Shown here in pieces: positions 38,801 through 53,000 of a stretch of 64,000 nt of DNA. Source of the stretch: Vicugna vicugna (lineage: Eukaryota). Each line of letters opens with the position of its first letter. The stretch's first letter is position 1. The notes under the pieces are model-generated. The model was not told where the DNA came from and did not search any database. It was given only the letters and a program-made list of their open reading frames with translations. Made by a program: the position numbers and the translations under genes. The stretch covers positions 7,778,407 through 7,842,406 of the forward strand of contig MU058584.1 in assembly GCA_013265495.1 (NCBI GenBank), in the 5' to 3' direction.

Positions 38801-41800
38801 GCTTTTGGGAGTGGAACTAGAAGAGATGTGGAGAGTTTGCACACATTGTTTGGCAGCCAAAAGAGGTAGAAGAGGCTTGAGTAGCCTCATACATGTATGC
38901 TTCCACCCATTCAACACATTTCAATCCCAGGTTGGTTGAATCTGAGGATGTGGAGGGCAGCCTGTAAGGGACTGAGCATCCTTGGATTTTGGTATCTACA
39001 GAGGGTCCTGGAACCAGGATTCCTAGGGACAGCTGCTTACACTACTCTGGAATTTGATAAACGAGAAAGAAAAAGGACAGTAGCTGATAACAACAGCTAA
39101 GATTTGAGTGCATATTCTGTGCCAGGCTAAGCATTGCACATGCATTATTTCATTTTCCCATTTTATAGTATTGATATTGAGACACATAGGTTTTGTAACT
39201 TGCCCAAGAAATTGCAACTAATAAATGGGGGATTAACACATGGGCCTTTTGCCCTAGCTACTGTACTACAAAGCTTCATATTTCTCTCTTGTGGCTGCTC
39301 TCTAAATCAGGAGGTAAATGTTGTTCCTACTTCACCATAGTTCTTAAATTTTTAAGTTATGCTGTAACTAGCCTTGACTAATATCAATTCTTGAGGGAAT
39401 GAATTAGTGTTTTTTCTCACCTTTTCATTTATCTGTTGACCAGAGAACATTAAATAAGAAATGTAGCAATATAGGAAGATCATAGGCTTTGGAGAGAGAG
39501 GTCTAGATTTGTAATCACAAGTTGAGTGACCTTAGCCAATTAACTTCTGAGCTTTAGCTTTGTTTAAAAAAAAGTTAGTAAAAGTTAGATTAATACTTTA
39601 AAGGGCTTGACAAATTTTAAAAAAAGACTGCTTTCTTCTAGAGACATCAGATGCTTAGGATTAGATTGATCATACTCAGTTTATGCCACAAGCTGCGTGG
39701 GGCCTCTTTTTTGCTCCATTTTACATCATTACTTTTTTATCTTCTGTCATCAGTTTCACTCATCTCTCTCTCCTATTTTAGGCATTTGTGCTAGGTTATA
39801 CTTGATGTTTTTCCAGTCACCCTTCATGTATTTACCTTCATGTGTGTTTTCTTCCAAAATGTTATGTTTATATGTTTTAAAATTTACATAAATGGGATAA
39901 TGCTGTTAATCTCATTTTTCCTACTTTTATTTTTTTACTTAACAGTTTTTTAAAAACTTGTTTTAGTTACTAGGGTCATCATTAAAATGAATTCTAAGTA
40001 GTTAACAATGTGGCAGATGCCTGAGGAAGGTCCGGTGTCATTTATTCATTCATTCAACGGGTATGTATTGGGCCCTCTGTGTATAGGCTGCTTCCAAAGA
40101 GAGATTTTATGCCAACAAATGCATTTGGGAGTGTTCTGTTCCCGTTGCCTGTCTTTTGCTATCTCTGTACTATACCACTAATTAGAGTGGTTTTGTAATA
40201 AATCTTAATTATCTGGCAAGGTGAACCACTTGCCTTTGCCTTTTTTTGGTTAATTCAGTTATTCTTAGACCAGTTTTTCCGTATCATATTTAGAACAGTG
40301 GGATCCTTCAGGTATTTTGATAGGAGTTACATTCAAGTGATGAATTTGGGGAGAATTATTATCTTTATGTTGTTGTCAGCAGCTTGGCATCCATGAACAT
40401 ACTAGATCTTAATTTGTCTCTTCATTTTATGATCATTATTAGTTAAAATTATTTCTCTATAAATGGTTTTTTTAGGTTAATTTTAAAATTAGTTTGTAGT
40501 TTTTATGACTGTTAACAGTTTATTTTGTATTTTTTTATTGCTGGGGAGGGAAATATTGACTTTTGCTTTTTATATTTTTTAATTGAAATAATTTACATAC
40601 AGTGAAATGCACATATATTATTAACTATATAGTTGGATCAGTTTTGACAGTGTGTACATATGTGTAACTCATACCCAACAAGATATAGAACATTTCCGTC
40701 ACTCCAGAACATTCTCTCGTGTTCTTTTCTAGAGAATTCCCTGGAGCGACCAGTGATTTGATCTCTGTCATCATAGATTAGTTTTGCTAATTCTAGAACT
40801 TTATCTGTAAGAAATTATACAGTATATATTCTTGTGTCTGGCTTCTTTCACTCAGTATAATGTTTCCAAGATTTATCCATCTTGTTTCATTCATCGGTAA
40901 TTTGTTGCTTTTCATTTTGAGACATAGTACATTGTATGAATATACTACAGTTTGTTTATTCTCCTGTTGTTGACCATCTGGGCTGTGTCCAGTTTTTGGC
41001 TTTTAGGAAAGCTACTGCAGACATTTTTGTACACACAGTTTTCATTTCTCTTAAGAAGTATATAAAAGTGGAATTGAAAGTGCTGAAACAGATGGCTGTC
41101 ATATGCTTTTGGATATAATTCCCTGAGAAGGACACAATGAATGATTCCAGCCAGGAGTACATAACCTGAATCTGGTCATGATGAAACATCAAACAGACCT
41201 CAAAAAAGGACCATATTATTTAAAAACAAAAGGACTGTATCCTTCAAAAATGTCAATGCCACATAAGATAAAGGCCTTCAGGTTAAAGGAGGCTGAAGAC
41301 ACATGATAGGTGCAGGACATGATCTTAGACTCAGTTCTGTACTTGGGGTGGGGATGGTGGGATGCTGTAATGATTGCTAGGGATGGTAGGTTACAACATT
41401 GTGTCAATGTAACATTTACTGAAGATTATAGCATGGTTATGTAAGAGAATTTCCTTATTCTGAGGAAATGCAATAGAGATCTTTAGAGATAAATTACCTT
41501 TTGTAGGGAGGGAGGGAGGGCTGTGTGTGCTTGCCATGAGCAAATGGCACATGTTGGAACCAATGGGTCATAATGTTAACAGTAGGTTCACATGGGTAAA
41601 GAGTTGGTGGATGTTCTTTGTACTATGTTGGCAGTTCTTCTGAAAATTTGAAATTACTTCCAAATAAAAAGTGGGGGAAAAAGTCTGAGATTTCCTTTTT
41701 CTCTATGAAGGTGTTGATTAATCCACTCAAATTTCTTTGTCAGCCTATGTATACACTGTGCCAATTTTGCTATTTTTCTAGAAACATCTATTCTTCTACA

Positions 41801-43980
41801 TTTTCAAATATATGGTATATTTGGTTTGCAATATTCCAATTTTAAAAAATCTGTTTTGTCTGTTTATTTCATGCTTTTATAACATATTTTGTTAATTTGC
41901 GCCACCAACTCTCCTTTATCAGTTTTGCCGGAGGTTTGCCTTTTTAATATTTTCTTCGAAGAACCAACTTTTGGTTTTCTTAGTCTTCTTTGCCTTTTGT
42001 TTTGTTTTCTGTTTCAGTGATTTCTGTCCTTACATTCTTCCTTTTTTCTTTAGATTTACATTCTCTTATCTTTTAGAGTTGAAAGATTAGCTCTTTTGTT
42101 TTCAGTGTTTGACTCCAAGTGTGTTCAGAAGGCTTAATTTTCCTGCTGTTGTCTTATCTGCATCCCATTAATGTTGACCTGTAGTCTTCTGTAATAATTC
42201 ATATGTTCTTTATTGTTTCCTCTTTAATCAAAGGATTATTCTGCTGCATAATTTTTCTTTCCAGGCTTTAGGATGTTGTTAGCTGTTGGAATCCTAAATG
42301 GCATTCAAATGTGATTTTTACAAGACATTTAATTACATCTACTCTGAAAGTTAATACCTTTCTATAAGACTAATGAATCCATGCCACATTGGTGGGGAGG
42401 AATTCACAAAAAAGGGTTTCCAGATTCTATTTTTTGAGTTTATATGTGTGAGAGAGAGGTGGTGGGTGGGTGGGTGGGTGGGTTGTGGGGTCGGGGTGGT
42501 GGAGTTTATGGGGTGATGGGAAGAGGAATGAAAAGTGAATTTCTTTTCTGCTCTGTGCTGCAAAGCAGTTCTCTTCAGAATCCTCATTTATTTAACAGAT
42601 ATTAAGCGCCTAATGTTTGCAAATTTTGACTTTGTAGGGAGGGTTTAAAGTAGCTAGGAATACAGAATTGATTCCCAAAGAGTTTAAGTCTGAAAGAGGA
42701 TATACATGGCACAGAATCAACTTACAAGTGGAAAGTAAGAGAGTACTCATTCTGAACTGAGGGCGAGTGCCAGGGGCTCACAGATTGCCATTTATCTTGA
42801 TTTCTGGTGCTGAACTTCCTAAAAGTCTTGAAACTCATTTCATCAGGTTTGGAATTTTCATGGTACAGTTTTTGGAAGTAGTGTGGAATTAGACCCACTT
42901 AGTCATGCAGCAAAGTTCCCTCAGCCATTATAATGTGATCCACTGATTCTTAATGACGGGGCATGCATATCTAATTCACCTGGTAAAACTTGTTGAAAGG
43001 AAGGACCCCATTATAGAGATTCATTCTTGTTCAGTAGAGTTGGAGTGGGTTTGGGGTTTTTCATTTTACTTTGGTGATTTAAAATTTCTTGACAATTATT
43101 AGTTAATGATCATTTTTATCTATTTTAGACTTTATTATAAGGAAAATAAAGGTTATCCTTACAGGTTCATCATTAATTAATATCTGTCCTTAAACAGGGG
43201 CTCATGTTAGAGGTGTTTAAGCAATACTGTTAATAAAGCTATACTTAAAAGAAGGAATAGTGTAGATAAGTAAAGAATGTATTGCATATTAATGGTAAGT
43301 GTATTAGGGTTCTTCAGAAAAACAGAACCAATAAGATATATATATAAAATGAGGCACTGGATCACACAATTATGGAAAGTTTGAAGTCCCATAGTCTGCT
43401 GTCTGAAAGCTGGAAACCAGGGAAAGCCAGTGGTCTAATTCAGGCCAAGTCTGAAGTCCTTTTAACCAGTGGAGTTGAAGATACAAATCCTAGTCAAAGG
43501 GCAGGAGAAGATGAGATGTTTCAGCTCAAATAGTGAGGCAGAAGGAAAAAGGGCAAATTTTTTCTTCTTCAGATTTTTGTTCAATTTAGGCCTTCGGAGG
43601 TTTGGATGATGCCCACTCACGTGGGGAGAGCAGTCTACTGAGTCCACTGATTCAAGTACTAATCTCATCAAAAACTCAGAACTTTGGTTAATGGGATTTG
43701 ATTATGTGATAGTAAAAATAAGGATCATGAGATTTATTGTCTTTTGGCCATCTTCACGCTAACTGAATATTAGGGCTTATACACACATGCACATACACAT
43801 GCAGAATTCTTGATGATAAAACTAATATGTGCTCATACTAGAAATTCAGAAAGCATAGAGAGGAATAAAGAAAATAAAAGAGCATAACCACCAAAACTCT
43901 GAAGTCTGCAGTTTTGAATATCTGAAATGTTTTGCTGTCCCAAATTTGTGTATATATCCCTCACACACATCTGCGCGCGC

Positions 43981-44011
<31 letters not shown>

Positions 44012-47000
44012 GCTGAGAAACAATGCAAAAGTCTGCAAAAAAAGAAATGTTTAATAAATAGTGCTGTATCTATATCAAAGTTTGAATAGGCAACATATTC
44101 CTGTGGTTCAAAATTCAAAAGACATAGAGGGTTCTAGAGTGAAAAATATCCATCTATTGTCCTGTCACCCAGCCACCCAGTTTTCTTCCCTGGAGGTAAA
44201 CAATGTGGTGCTTTTTTTTTTCTTTTTAATTCTTCCAGAGAAATTTATGCACATACAGATACCTTTAGTACACATATGGTAGCATAGCATACTGTCTATA
44301 TATCTATCTATTAATATTATTATTTTAGTTTTAATTATTATCAAAATATGCATTCATATCAGAAAGTCAGCTCTAAAAGGAATTTTTTGTTTGTTTTTAT
44401 AAAGAAGCCTTTCCCTCCTCCCTCTTTCCCATTTTTCTTTTTCAAGGAAACCTCTCATCTCTTAGTTGATGAATTTTATATTTACCTGTTTGTCTCTAAA
44501 ATAATTGCTTTAATGTCAAGTTTAGGTTATTTTACTGCAGATGATCAGATTCTCTTAACCACATGTTAGTAATAATATAGTTTTGTCATAATTTGGGTTA
44601 GATTAGTATTTAGTGTTTATATTATAATACAGATGATATTCACAGCTGAGCCATGTAATGAAACTTGATTCTTTTTCCTTTTCTGTTCTACTTTTCCTTT
44701 TTCTATTTGATTCATTTTGTTATATTTGCTTGTTTTTCTATTTAATTATAAATTACCTTCCAGTTATGTAAATCTGTACTTGAGATTTTCAGAGACTCAG
44801 TTGTGCTATCAATTTCATCCTCCCAAAGAAGACTCTTCCAGAGCTTCTGATAACCTCCAGTTTAATATGATTGCCCTCTGGTCTTTGTGTACAGCTATCC
44901 TAGGAATTCTCTTTCCAGTCATCCTGAGGATTCCCTTCCCCTCTCTTATCTCTCTACCATATTGTTGTAATTATTGTGGTTTCATAGTTGTCTAGTTCCT
45001 TCACATTACAGTCTTCACTCTTCTTATTATTCATATAGACTTTAAAGTCACTCGAATTTTTAAAGTCTCCTTGTTTGCCACTTTAGTAGTAGTTTTCAAA
45101 TCTTTCATATATAGTATCTTGAACTGTGTAAAACTGAATTTTTTTCAAGTTAAGGAATTGTCAAATATTGTCACTTCCAAACAGTTCTATTAACGTAGAA
45201 CATGTACTTGTATATGTATAGAACACTTCTTGTTAAGTTCATATTTAGTATTTTATTGTTGCTGTTATAAATGGGGACTTCTGTTAGACCTTATAATTGG
45301 TAGTGATGATGATTTGAGTAGTCTGTTGATTTATTTCTTAATTTTATACCTATGAGTATAATTTTATACTCGACTTCTTTGAATAGGTGTTTTAGTTTTC
45401 TACTTATGTAAACTCATCTGCGATTAATAATTTTACTGGCTCCTATTCCATTTTTACACGTTTTTATCCTCATATTATGTAATATTGGTAATAATGGATG
45501 TTCTTGTCTTGTTTCAGATCTAAATAGGGGTATTTTTTGGTTTCTTCACTGAGTATGATGCTGGCTTTAGGCTTGTGTGCTGTGCATATATTACTATTTC
45601 ATGGACTTAAAAAATTTTGGTGTTTATGTAAGTTTATCAGATGTCTTTCAATGATTATGGAGATAGTCATAGATTTTTTCCTTGATATTTTTGTATGGCA
45701 AACTAAATAAATGGATTTTATTATATTGAACCATTTTTGAATATCAGAGCTAAACTCTTGATCATAACAGTGGCTATGTTATATGTTTGGTATGTTACTA
45801 GAAACTTAAAAGAAAAAGTTTATTTTACTTATTAAAGTTTTGTTTAATGTTTTCTTTACAAGTTTTATGTCTGATTTCATAAATATTAACCTATAGTATT
45901 TGTATGTGCTATTTCTGTTAATTTTTGTAATCACTTATGTTTCCTATAAAAAAATAATCTGGAAGCTTTACTTTTATGTTTTGAAATAGTTTAGGTAGGT
46001 TTAGAGTTAGCTGTTCTTAAATATTTGGTAGTATGTAAAATATTATTGTCATCTGGTGCTTTCTAAGGAAGTTAGCTCTTTGACAACTTTCTTTGTTGCT
46101 TCTGTGATCATTATCAGATAGTCCTCTTGTGAAGTTTTTCTATTTTACTTCATGAAATTCATAATGCCTTACTTGGAGTGTTGATAACACTTTATATATT
46201 TTTTAGGGCATTAAATAAAAAATCTTTGTCTTCTGTATATATATCTCATCGTTTAATTGTTAAGTTCGTAAAGGGCATTAGGGTAGGAACCATCTGTTTT
46301 TGCCTCATATTCTAGTCCATAGTATGGAATATGTTAGCTTAACAACTTTCGCTTTTTGTGTGTGTGTGTGTGTGGTGATGGTGATGTTTTACAGGCTTCC
46401 CAGTTGGCATGTTTGTTGTAAAGAGAGTTCTTCAGCTTCATCTTACTACTCTCAAGATGATAATTGCGCAGTAGAAAATGAAGATGTTCAATTCCAGAAA
46501 AAGGTACCTTAAATAAAGTTGACATTGTAATTTATGTAACTGCTTTCTAAAGTTTCCCCAAAACATTGGGAATAAGAGTAATTTCAAAAATACTACGACA
46601 TAATTTTTGGTGGAGGTTTGTAATTTTCCTTGGTATAATCTGAGGAGTTACTCAGGTAATTCTGAAATTAACCTAAGTCTGAGATATTTATATGTTTATT
46701 CTTATTGCTTATATTTGGAATGTGGTAATATCCTTAGTCCTGTAGTAAGGAGAAAAACAGTGCCTGTTCAGAGACCTAAAAACTAGAGCTCTCTTTTTAA
46801 TGCTTTAACTAGTTAAAGGATTTCTAAAGAAACCCCAGCCTTATAATTAAAAACTATTAGAAATGAGGATTGTAGAGAGAATCTATATCAGTGGCCATGT
46901 ACTTTGTTTAATGTAATTGGGTGGAGTGAATAGACAGAGTCCAGAAAAACCTGATGGTCTCTAAATAATTTATTATTTTGTCATTTTAAATGATAAAAGG

Positions 47001-50000
47001 TGAGTATTGACTTTAGCTGGGTTTGGCTTCTTGCCCCCCAGTCAATGTAGTTATTTTAAATTATAGAAGTCATTTATACTCACTATAAAATATTCATATT
47101 TACATCCCATTCCCTTCCCAAAGGAACCACAATTTGCTGTTTCTTGTGAAAACATTCAGACCATTTTCTGTGGGTACAGATATCCTCTGTACACAAATTA
47201 ATATTTTAATTATTATTAAAATGTCATATTATAAATATTACACAAATTGTCTTCCCCAGTAATGTCTCATGGACACTTTGCATGTTGCTATATTCTGAAT
47301 AGCTACATTTTTATCCCATCATATGGATGTATCACAACTTACTAAACACTTCTTTTTTGACAGACTTTTGCATTGTTTCTCAGCAGTGCGTGTGCATGCA
47401 TGTTTGTGTATACGTGTGTGTGTGAATGTACAAACTATAATTATATGCCTGGGGTTTTTTTGGAGGGGCATGATATTTAGAGTGGATTATTTAAATTTTT
47501 GAGTTATGCAGGATGTATTTCTCGGGTGGAGAACTTAAAACTTTGAAGACTTGCTAAATATCTCTCCAAAAAGGAGTGTAATTTTATGCTTTTATCCACA
47601 GTCTATAAGACTTAGAGCTAATCTCTTCTTTGATGAGAAATCTGAAGGCTAAATGTTGTACGATTGAATTTAAGCAAAGCATTAAGGAAGGGGGACGCAT
47701 TTTTTCAGCAAACATTTGGGTACCTAGTTTGTACTCTACAAGTTTAGATAATGATGAATACAAACTTTGCTTTTATGAAACTTATAAGACAAAGTACCCA
47801 AAATTCTAACTTGAAAGTGAGTATCAAAAGAGAGATGACACAAAGAACTATATGTACATTCATTTATCAAGTATTTACTGAAGTCTTACTGTGTATCTAA
47901 CACAGTGCTGGGTGGTAGGACTAAAGAGCTTATTAAGAAATCAAATGATGTTCTTGAACTCATGTAGTGTATATTTGAGGTGAAGTGGTAAGGAGGGTAA
48001 TGCAGGAAGATCGACGATAATCATATAAGCAACTAAAAGTCATTAAAGTCACAATAAAGTGTTTTGTTTGTAAAGTATAGAGAGATGATCGTTCATTTTG
48101 CTTCAGGACTGTTTTATGAAATAATTTTATCAGTTGGCCTTTTTTCTTCCTTGCAATATAGGATGAAAGAGAGGGACCCATCAATGCTGAATTATCGGGA
48201 AAGGTGGGTTCAGACTCACCTGTTCCTCCAGAAGAATACAAATTAAAAGATGACTACGTTGTGAGTGTACAAGTAAGCTATGTTGCTTTGATTTTTAATA
48301 ATAAGTCTTTTCAAGCCACTTAACAAAATAGAAAACCTCTGTTTGATCACCATATTGTGTATTACTATTTTTTTCTTTTTGAAGTGCTATGCAACTAGCC
48401 TTAAAACTGTTCACCTGCTTAGAGTACTGATTTTGAGAAAATTTGGAATTACAGATTTAATAATAAATGTGACTATTTTCTTTGTAGTATAAGTTTGGTT
48501 GTAAATCCCCCTTTCTTAGTGTACATTTTGGCTCACTAATAATGTATCTTGTCTCTTCAGATTTTCAAATGTCGGGGGAAATTTTTTTTCTATCTTAAAC
48601 TAAAGAAAATATTTATATGTAGAGCACAGAGTATTTTGATATCAATTTTATCACTTAGTGTGGATTATGAATTAATAATAGATTGAATATATTTTTTTCC
48701 TTTTTCTCTCATCTTACATCCTAAATATTATTTTTCATTTTGTACACCAGATTTTATGAAATATATTAAAAACTAGACCAGAATGTAAGCTGATCAGAAT
48801 GCTGAAGCATCTGGAAAGCATTTAATATCAGGAATGACTGAAGGAACTGGGGATGTTTGATCTGGAGAAGAAGGACTAAGGAAAAGCTAAATATCTCAAA
48901 TATTAACAAAACCAAATTTTAGCTTAAAATGAGGGAGAATTCTCTTTAAAAAAAATACAGCCAGAGTTATTTTATGAGTTAATTGTGTTATCTAAGGAGA
49001 TATAGTTGTTTTTTTTTTAATTGGATTCTGAAAGACATTTGATAAAGGTTTGTATATAAGAGTAAAAGAAAAGTGATCTCTGTAGCCCTTCAATTATTAG
49101 GCCTGAGCAGTCCTGCCAGTGTTCATTTTCCTAAATTTTTATCATTGTGTCCTTCTGTTCAAATACTTTGAAGTGCTTACTGCATCTCATAGACCTGTGC
49201 TGTTCAGTACAGTAGCCACTAGCTACGTGTGGCTGCTGAGCACTGGAAATGTGGATAGTCCAAATTAAGATTTGCTCTAAGTATAAGATACACATTTTGG
49301 AGACTTAGTAAAAGAAAAAAAAAGGTGTAAAATGTCTAATAAATTTTTATAGTGAATGCATGTTGAAATGATAATGCAATATTTGATAATAACGTAATGG
49401 TTCTCTTCTCAAGGCCTCTAACATAAAATGCAAACCCATTTATATTCCTTTGCGAATTTTTCGTTCCAGTGTAAATAATTTTCCAAATGATTGTGTTTTC
49501 TTTCTGCTCCCGTAGCCCTCCTTTTCTTCAGAGTCCTAGTTCTTCTAGTCCATAGTGGTCCTTAGTCTCTTCCTTGAACTGAGCATGAGTACCTCTCACT
49601 TGATATTCATTTAGTAAGCATTTAATGTCTCCTGTGTGCTTGATACTGTGTTAGACACTAGGAGCATGAAGATCAAGAAAACATAGTCCTTACTCAAGGG
49701 AAAGAGAAATAAATAAGGGCAGCTGAGGTGTTAATAGGTGCTTTGATTAAAGTCTGTACAGAGAACAGTGGAGGCATAAAGAAAGGGGAATGGCTAATTC
49801 TGTTTGGGGTTGGTTGTGGGGGAGGAAGTACTGATAGAGGTTTTTAAACATGGTAGATATTAAGTACATTTCAGATTGTGTTTTGGGGGAATGAATGGCC
49901 CAGAGCATACAGACCTTGAAGGAGCAGCAAAAATCGTGTATTGCTTTGTAATGTCACTTATACGTGCCTAGTGGTGGTGGTTATTGATACACATTATCTG

Positions 50001-53000
50001 CTAAACTGCTCAGTGGCAAAACCTGTGTACTGTACTGTTTTATACGTTTACATAGGATTGATTTCTGTTTTGCTACTAGCATTAATTAATTATAGTAAGA
50101 GGGAAATAATTTGTAAGTCCTGATATAAAATAAGAGATAAGAAAGAAGAAAGACAAGCTCCTTTGTCCTAGTTTATGAAATGTCATGAAAAATGTTGAAA
50201 GAAAGGATTTTTATAAAAGTACATTTTTAGTGAACATTATTTATATTGTTACTTTTGAGACCTGCTTTTTATAATATCCTGTTCAGCTAAAGAGATAGTT
50301 TATTAATCTCAACATTTAATATAATTGACTTTTTTTATAAACAGAATACAGAATCAAGTAAGTTAAGTCCATCTGTGATTGAGACACTCCCTGCAGTGGA
50401 TCTTCATGAAGAGTCTTCCAGTGTAGTTGTGGGCAGTCAAAACATTGAAAATATTTCCAGCTCATCTACCTCAGAGATCACTCCAATCTCAAATCTTGAG
50501 TAAGTCATTGCAAAGAAAAAAACAAAAGTATCACCAGATAATGACAGAAAAATTTGTTTGATACTCAAATTTGAATTTTAGGCTATATAGCAGACCTAAG
50601 TAATAATGCCTCTGTTTTGTGTTTTTATTATTTTTTTAGAGGTAATGATTTTATAATATAATGAGTGTTTATTCTGATGTGTAACTCAGTGAAGTTGATT
50701 ATATCCCAGCTATGAAGTATCTACATCATATAGGGAAAGTAAGGTTCTTGTTTAAGAAACACAGTACTTACTTGAATAATCTTCCTTATAATTATCAAAA
50801 ATTCAAATGCCAGATTATTCATTTTCATTAGATATTACTGTAGCAGTCCATTCATAGTTATGTCTTTGTATGAATAGCTAACTTTTTCAAACTTGATAAT
50901 AAACTGAGAATATTTAGGCTTAAGTTTTTTCTTAATTTAATATCTTTTATGTACTTCTAGTTCCAGCAATACTACAAAGAGCAAAAAATTTCCTCGTCTA
51001 AATACTACATTAAACATTTTCCTTTATCAAATGAGTTAGTTTATATAAAATATATAGGACAATATCTGGCACATAGTAAAAATATTTGTGTCAGTATCAT
51101 TATTTTTATCGTCACTACTATTTTTCTATCACAAGCACTTTTTAGATACCTATTCTCAAGAATATAAGGGACTGGGTTTAACGAGTTGTACACAAAGATG
51201 TTACAGTTACCATTTAGAAGTTTGCCCTGGTAAGGGACAAAGGAACAGAAGATATGTTTAGAAATAATGATAGTGCCAAACAAGGCACTAACAGATTACA
51301 TGATTTAAATCATTACATGATTTTTAAATATTTGAATTCTTGAAAACTGTCTGCAGAACTTTAAAGCCTTCTTCTCTGGCTTAGATTTGTTTTCAGAATC
51401 ACTAATAACACTTTTAATGTATGCTATTAAATTGTCAGATTGTCTTTTTTGTTTCTGTTTTTAGTGAAATAGAAAAATCTGGTACTATTCCTATAGCCAA
51501 GCCAAGCGAAACTGAGCAATCTGAAAGTGATTGTGATGTTGGTGAGGCTCTTGGTGCAAATGATCCGGTTGACCAGCCTTCCTTTGTCAGTCCACCTGAA
51601 AGGTTGGTGTGAGGCATTGTCCTTTGTATGATTCTGTAATAAACAGCAGTGTCATGTTTGAGTAGACTCTAGTGCATGTGTAATTCCTCTTTATGATAGA
51701 AAGAAAGCTGATCCCTCTGTAGTCTTTTCTTGGTTTACTTTGTATTCACGTATGCTTATAACGGTTTAGATTGCATATATTTGTTCAGCTAACATTTGTT
51801 TACTTAATATGTCTTTTGGTTTCAAATAGCCTTGTTGGACAGCATATAGAAAATGTGTCATCTTCACATGGCAAAGGAAAAATAACAAAATCAGAATTTG
51901 AGTCAAAACTTTCATCAGGTGATCAGGGTGGTGGTGATCCAAAATCTGCATTAAATGCTTCAGATAATTTAAAAAATGAGGTAGGTAAATAACTTGCACT
52001 ATCTCCTACTTAATTATACAATGCATTTTTGTTATTAGCTAATCTTATAATTCGCTAACCATATTTGCCATAAAGTCAGGGAATCAGCAGTTAATAACGA
52101 ATGTAGAATTGAGGTGAGCTGTGCTCCCTGAGAGCAAGTGGTTACTTCAGGATACTATTGCCAGTATACTGTTTATACATCAAGTTGTTCCAAGTATGGA
52201 CTCTCTTTAGTTACGTTTAATTATAAATGGTTTTCTGCCACCATCAACTGTTTGATAACCAGATACATAAAGTCCTTATGCAAGAAATTTTTTAGAGAGC
52301 TATATAGAAGAAGATATGGTTGTTAAATTTAAGTATCTTCAGAATATAAGTTTAACTCAGTAATACAAGATTAAATTTAGGCTCTTCAACCAGAATTATT
52401 TTAAAGGGACATTTTACCCTTTGTTATCTGTGGGCAAAATACAACTAGACTACCTTTTGCCTGTTACAGTGCTTTGCAAAGTAATTTTATTGTATGGTGT
52501 AGTTCTCCTATTTGTTGCTTAGAGGTGATGGTGATTGCTTTGCCTGGGCCTCAGAGAGTGAGTGTGTGTATGTTCTTTTTATTGTATTTCTTTTAGTGTT
52601 TGGGCTTTACACTTAAGTATGTCAACTATATTAATTTTTATAAATATATGTTTATCTTCTCATTCAAACTAGATTTTTATTATTTAATTTTTAAATTTAA
52701 TTGGTATAATACTAGTTCTTTAATTTTACATTCTGCTGTATATTTTTTAATAGCCACATATTTTATTTGGTAAGTTAGCTTGTCTGCAAAACACTCCAAC
52801 ATGGAGGTTGCATAGGAACCAACTTGCTAAGTCTTCCTAAAGAGAGATTATAGGTATCTATATTGGTGTATCACATTGATACACTAATTAGTATTAGTAC
52901 TCAAAAACATGCCCTAGTATCGCAAATACATACTGTGTGAGCTGTCTAAAAAGATTTTGTACGCTTCTCAAGGTACTGTTAATGAATACATTATGCATTG

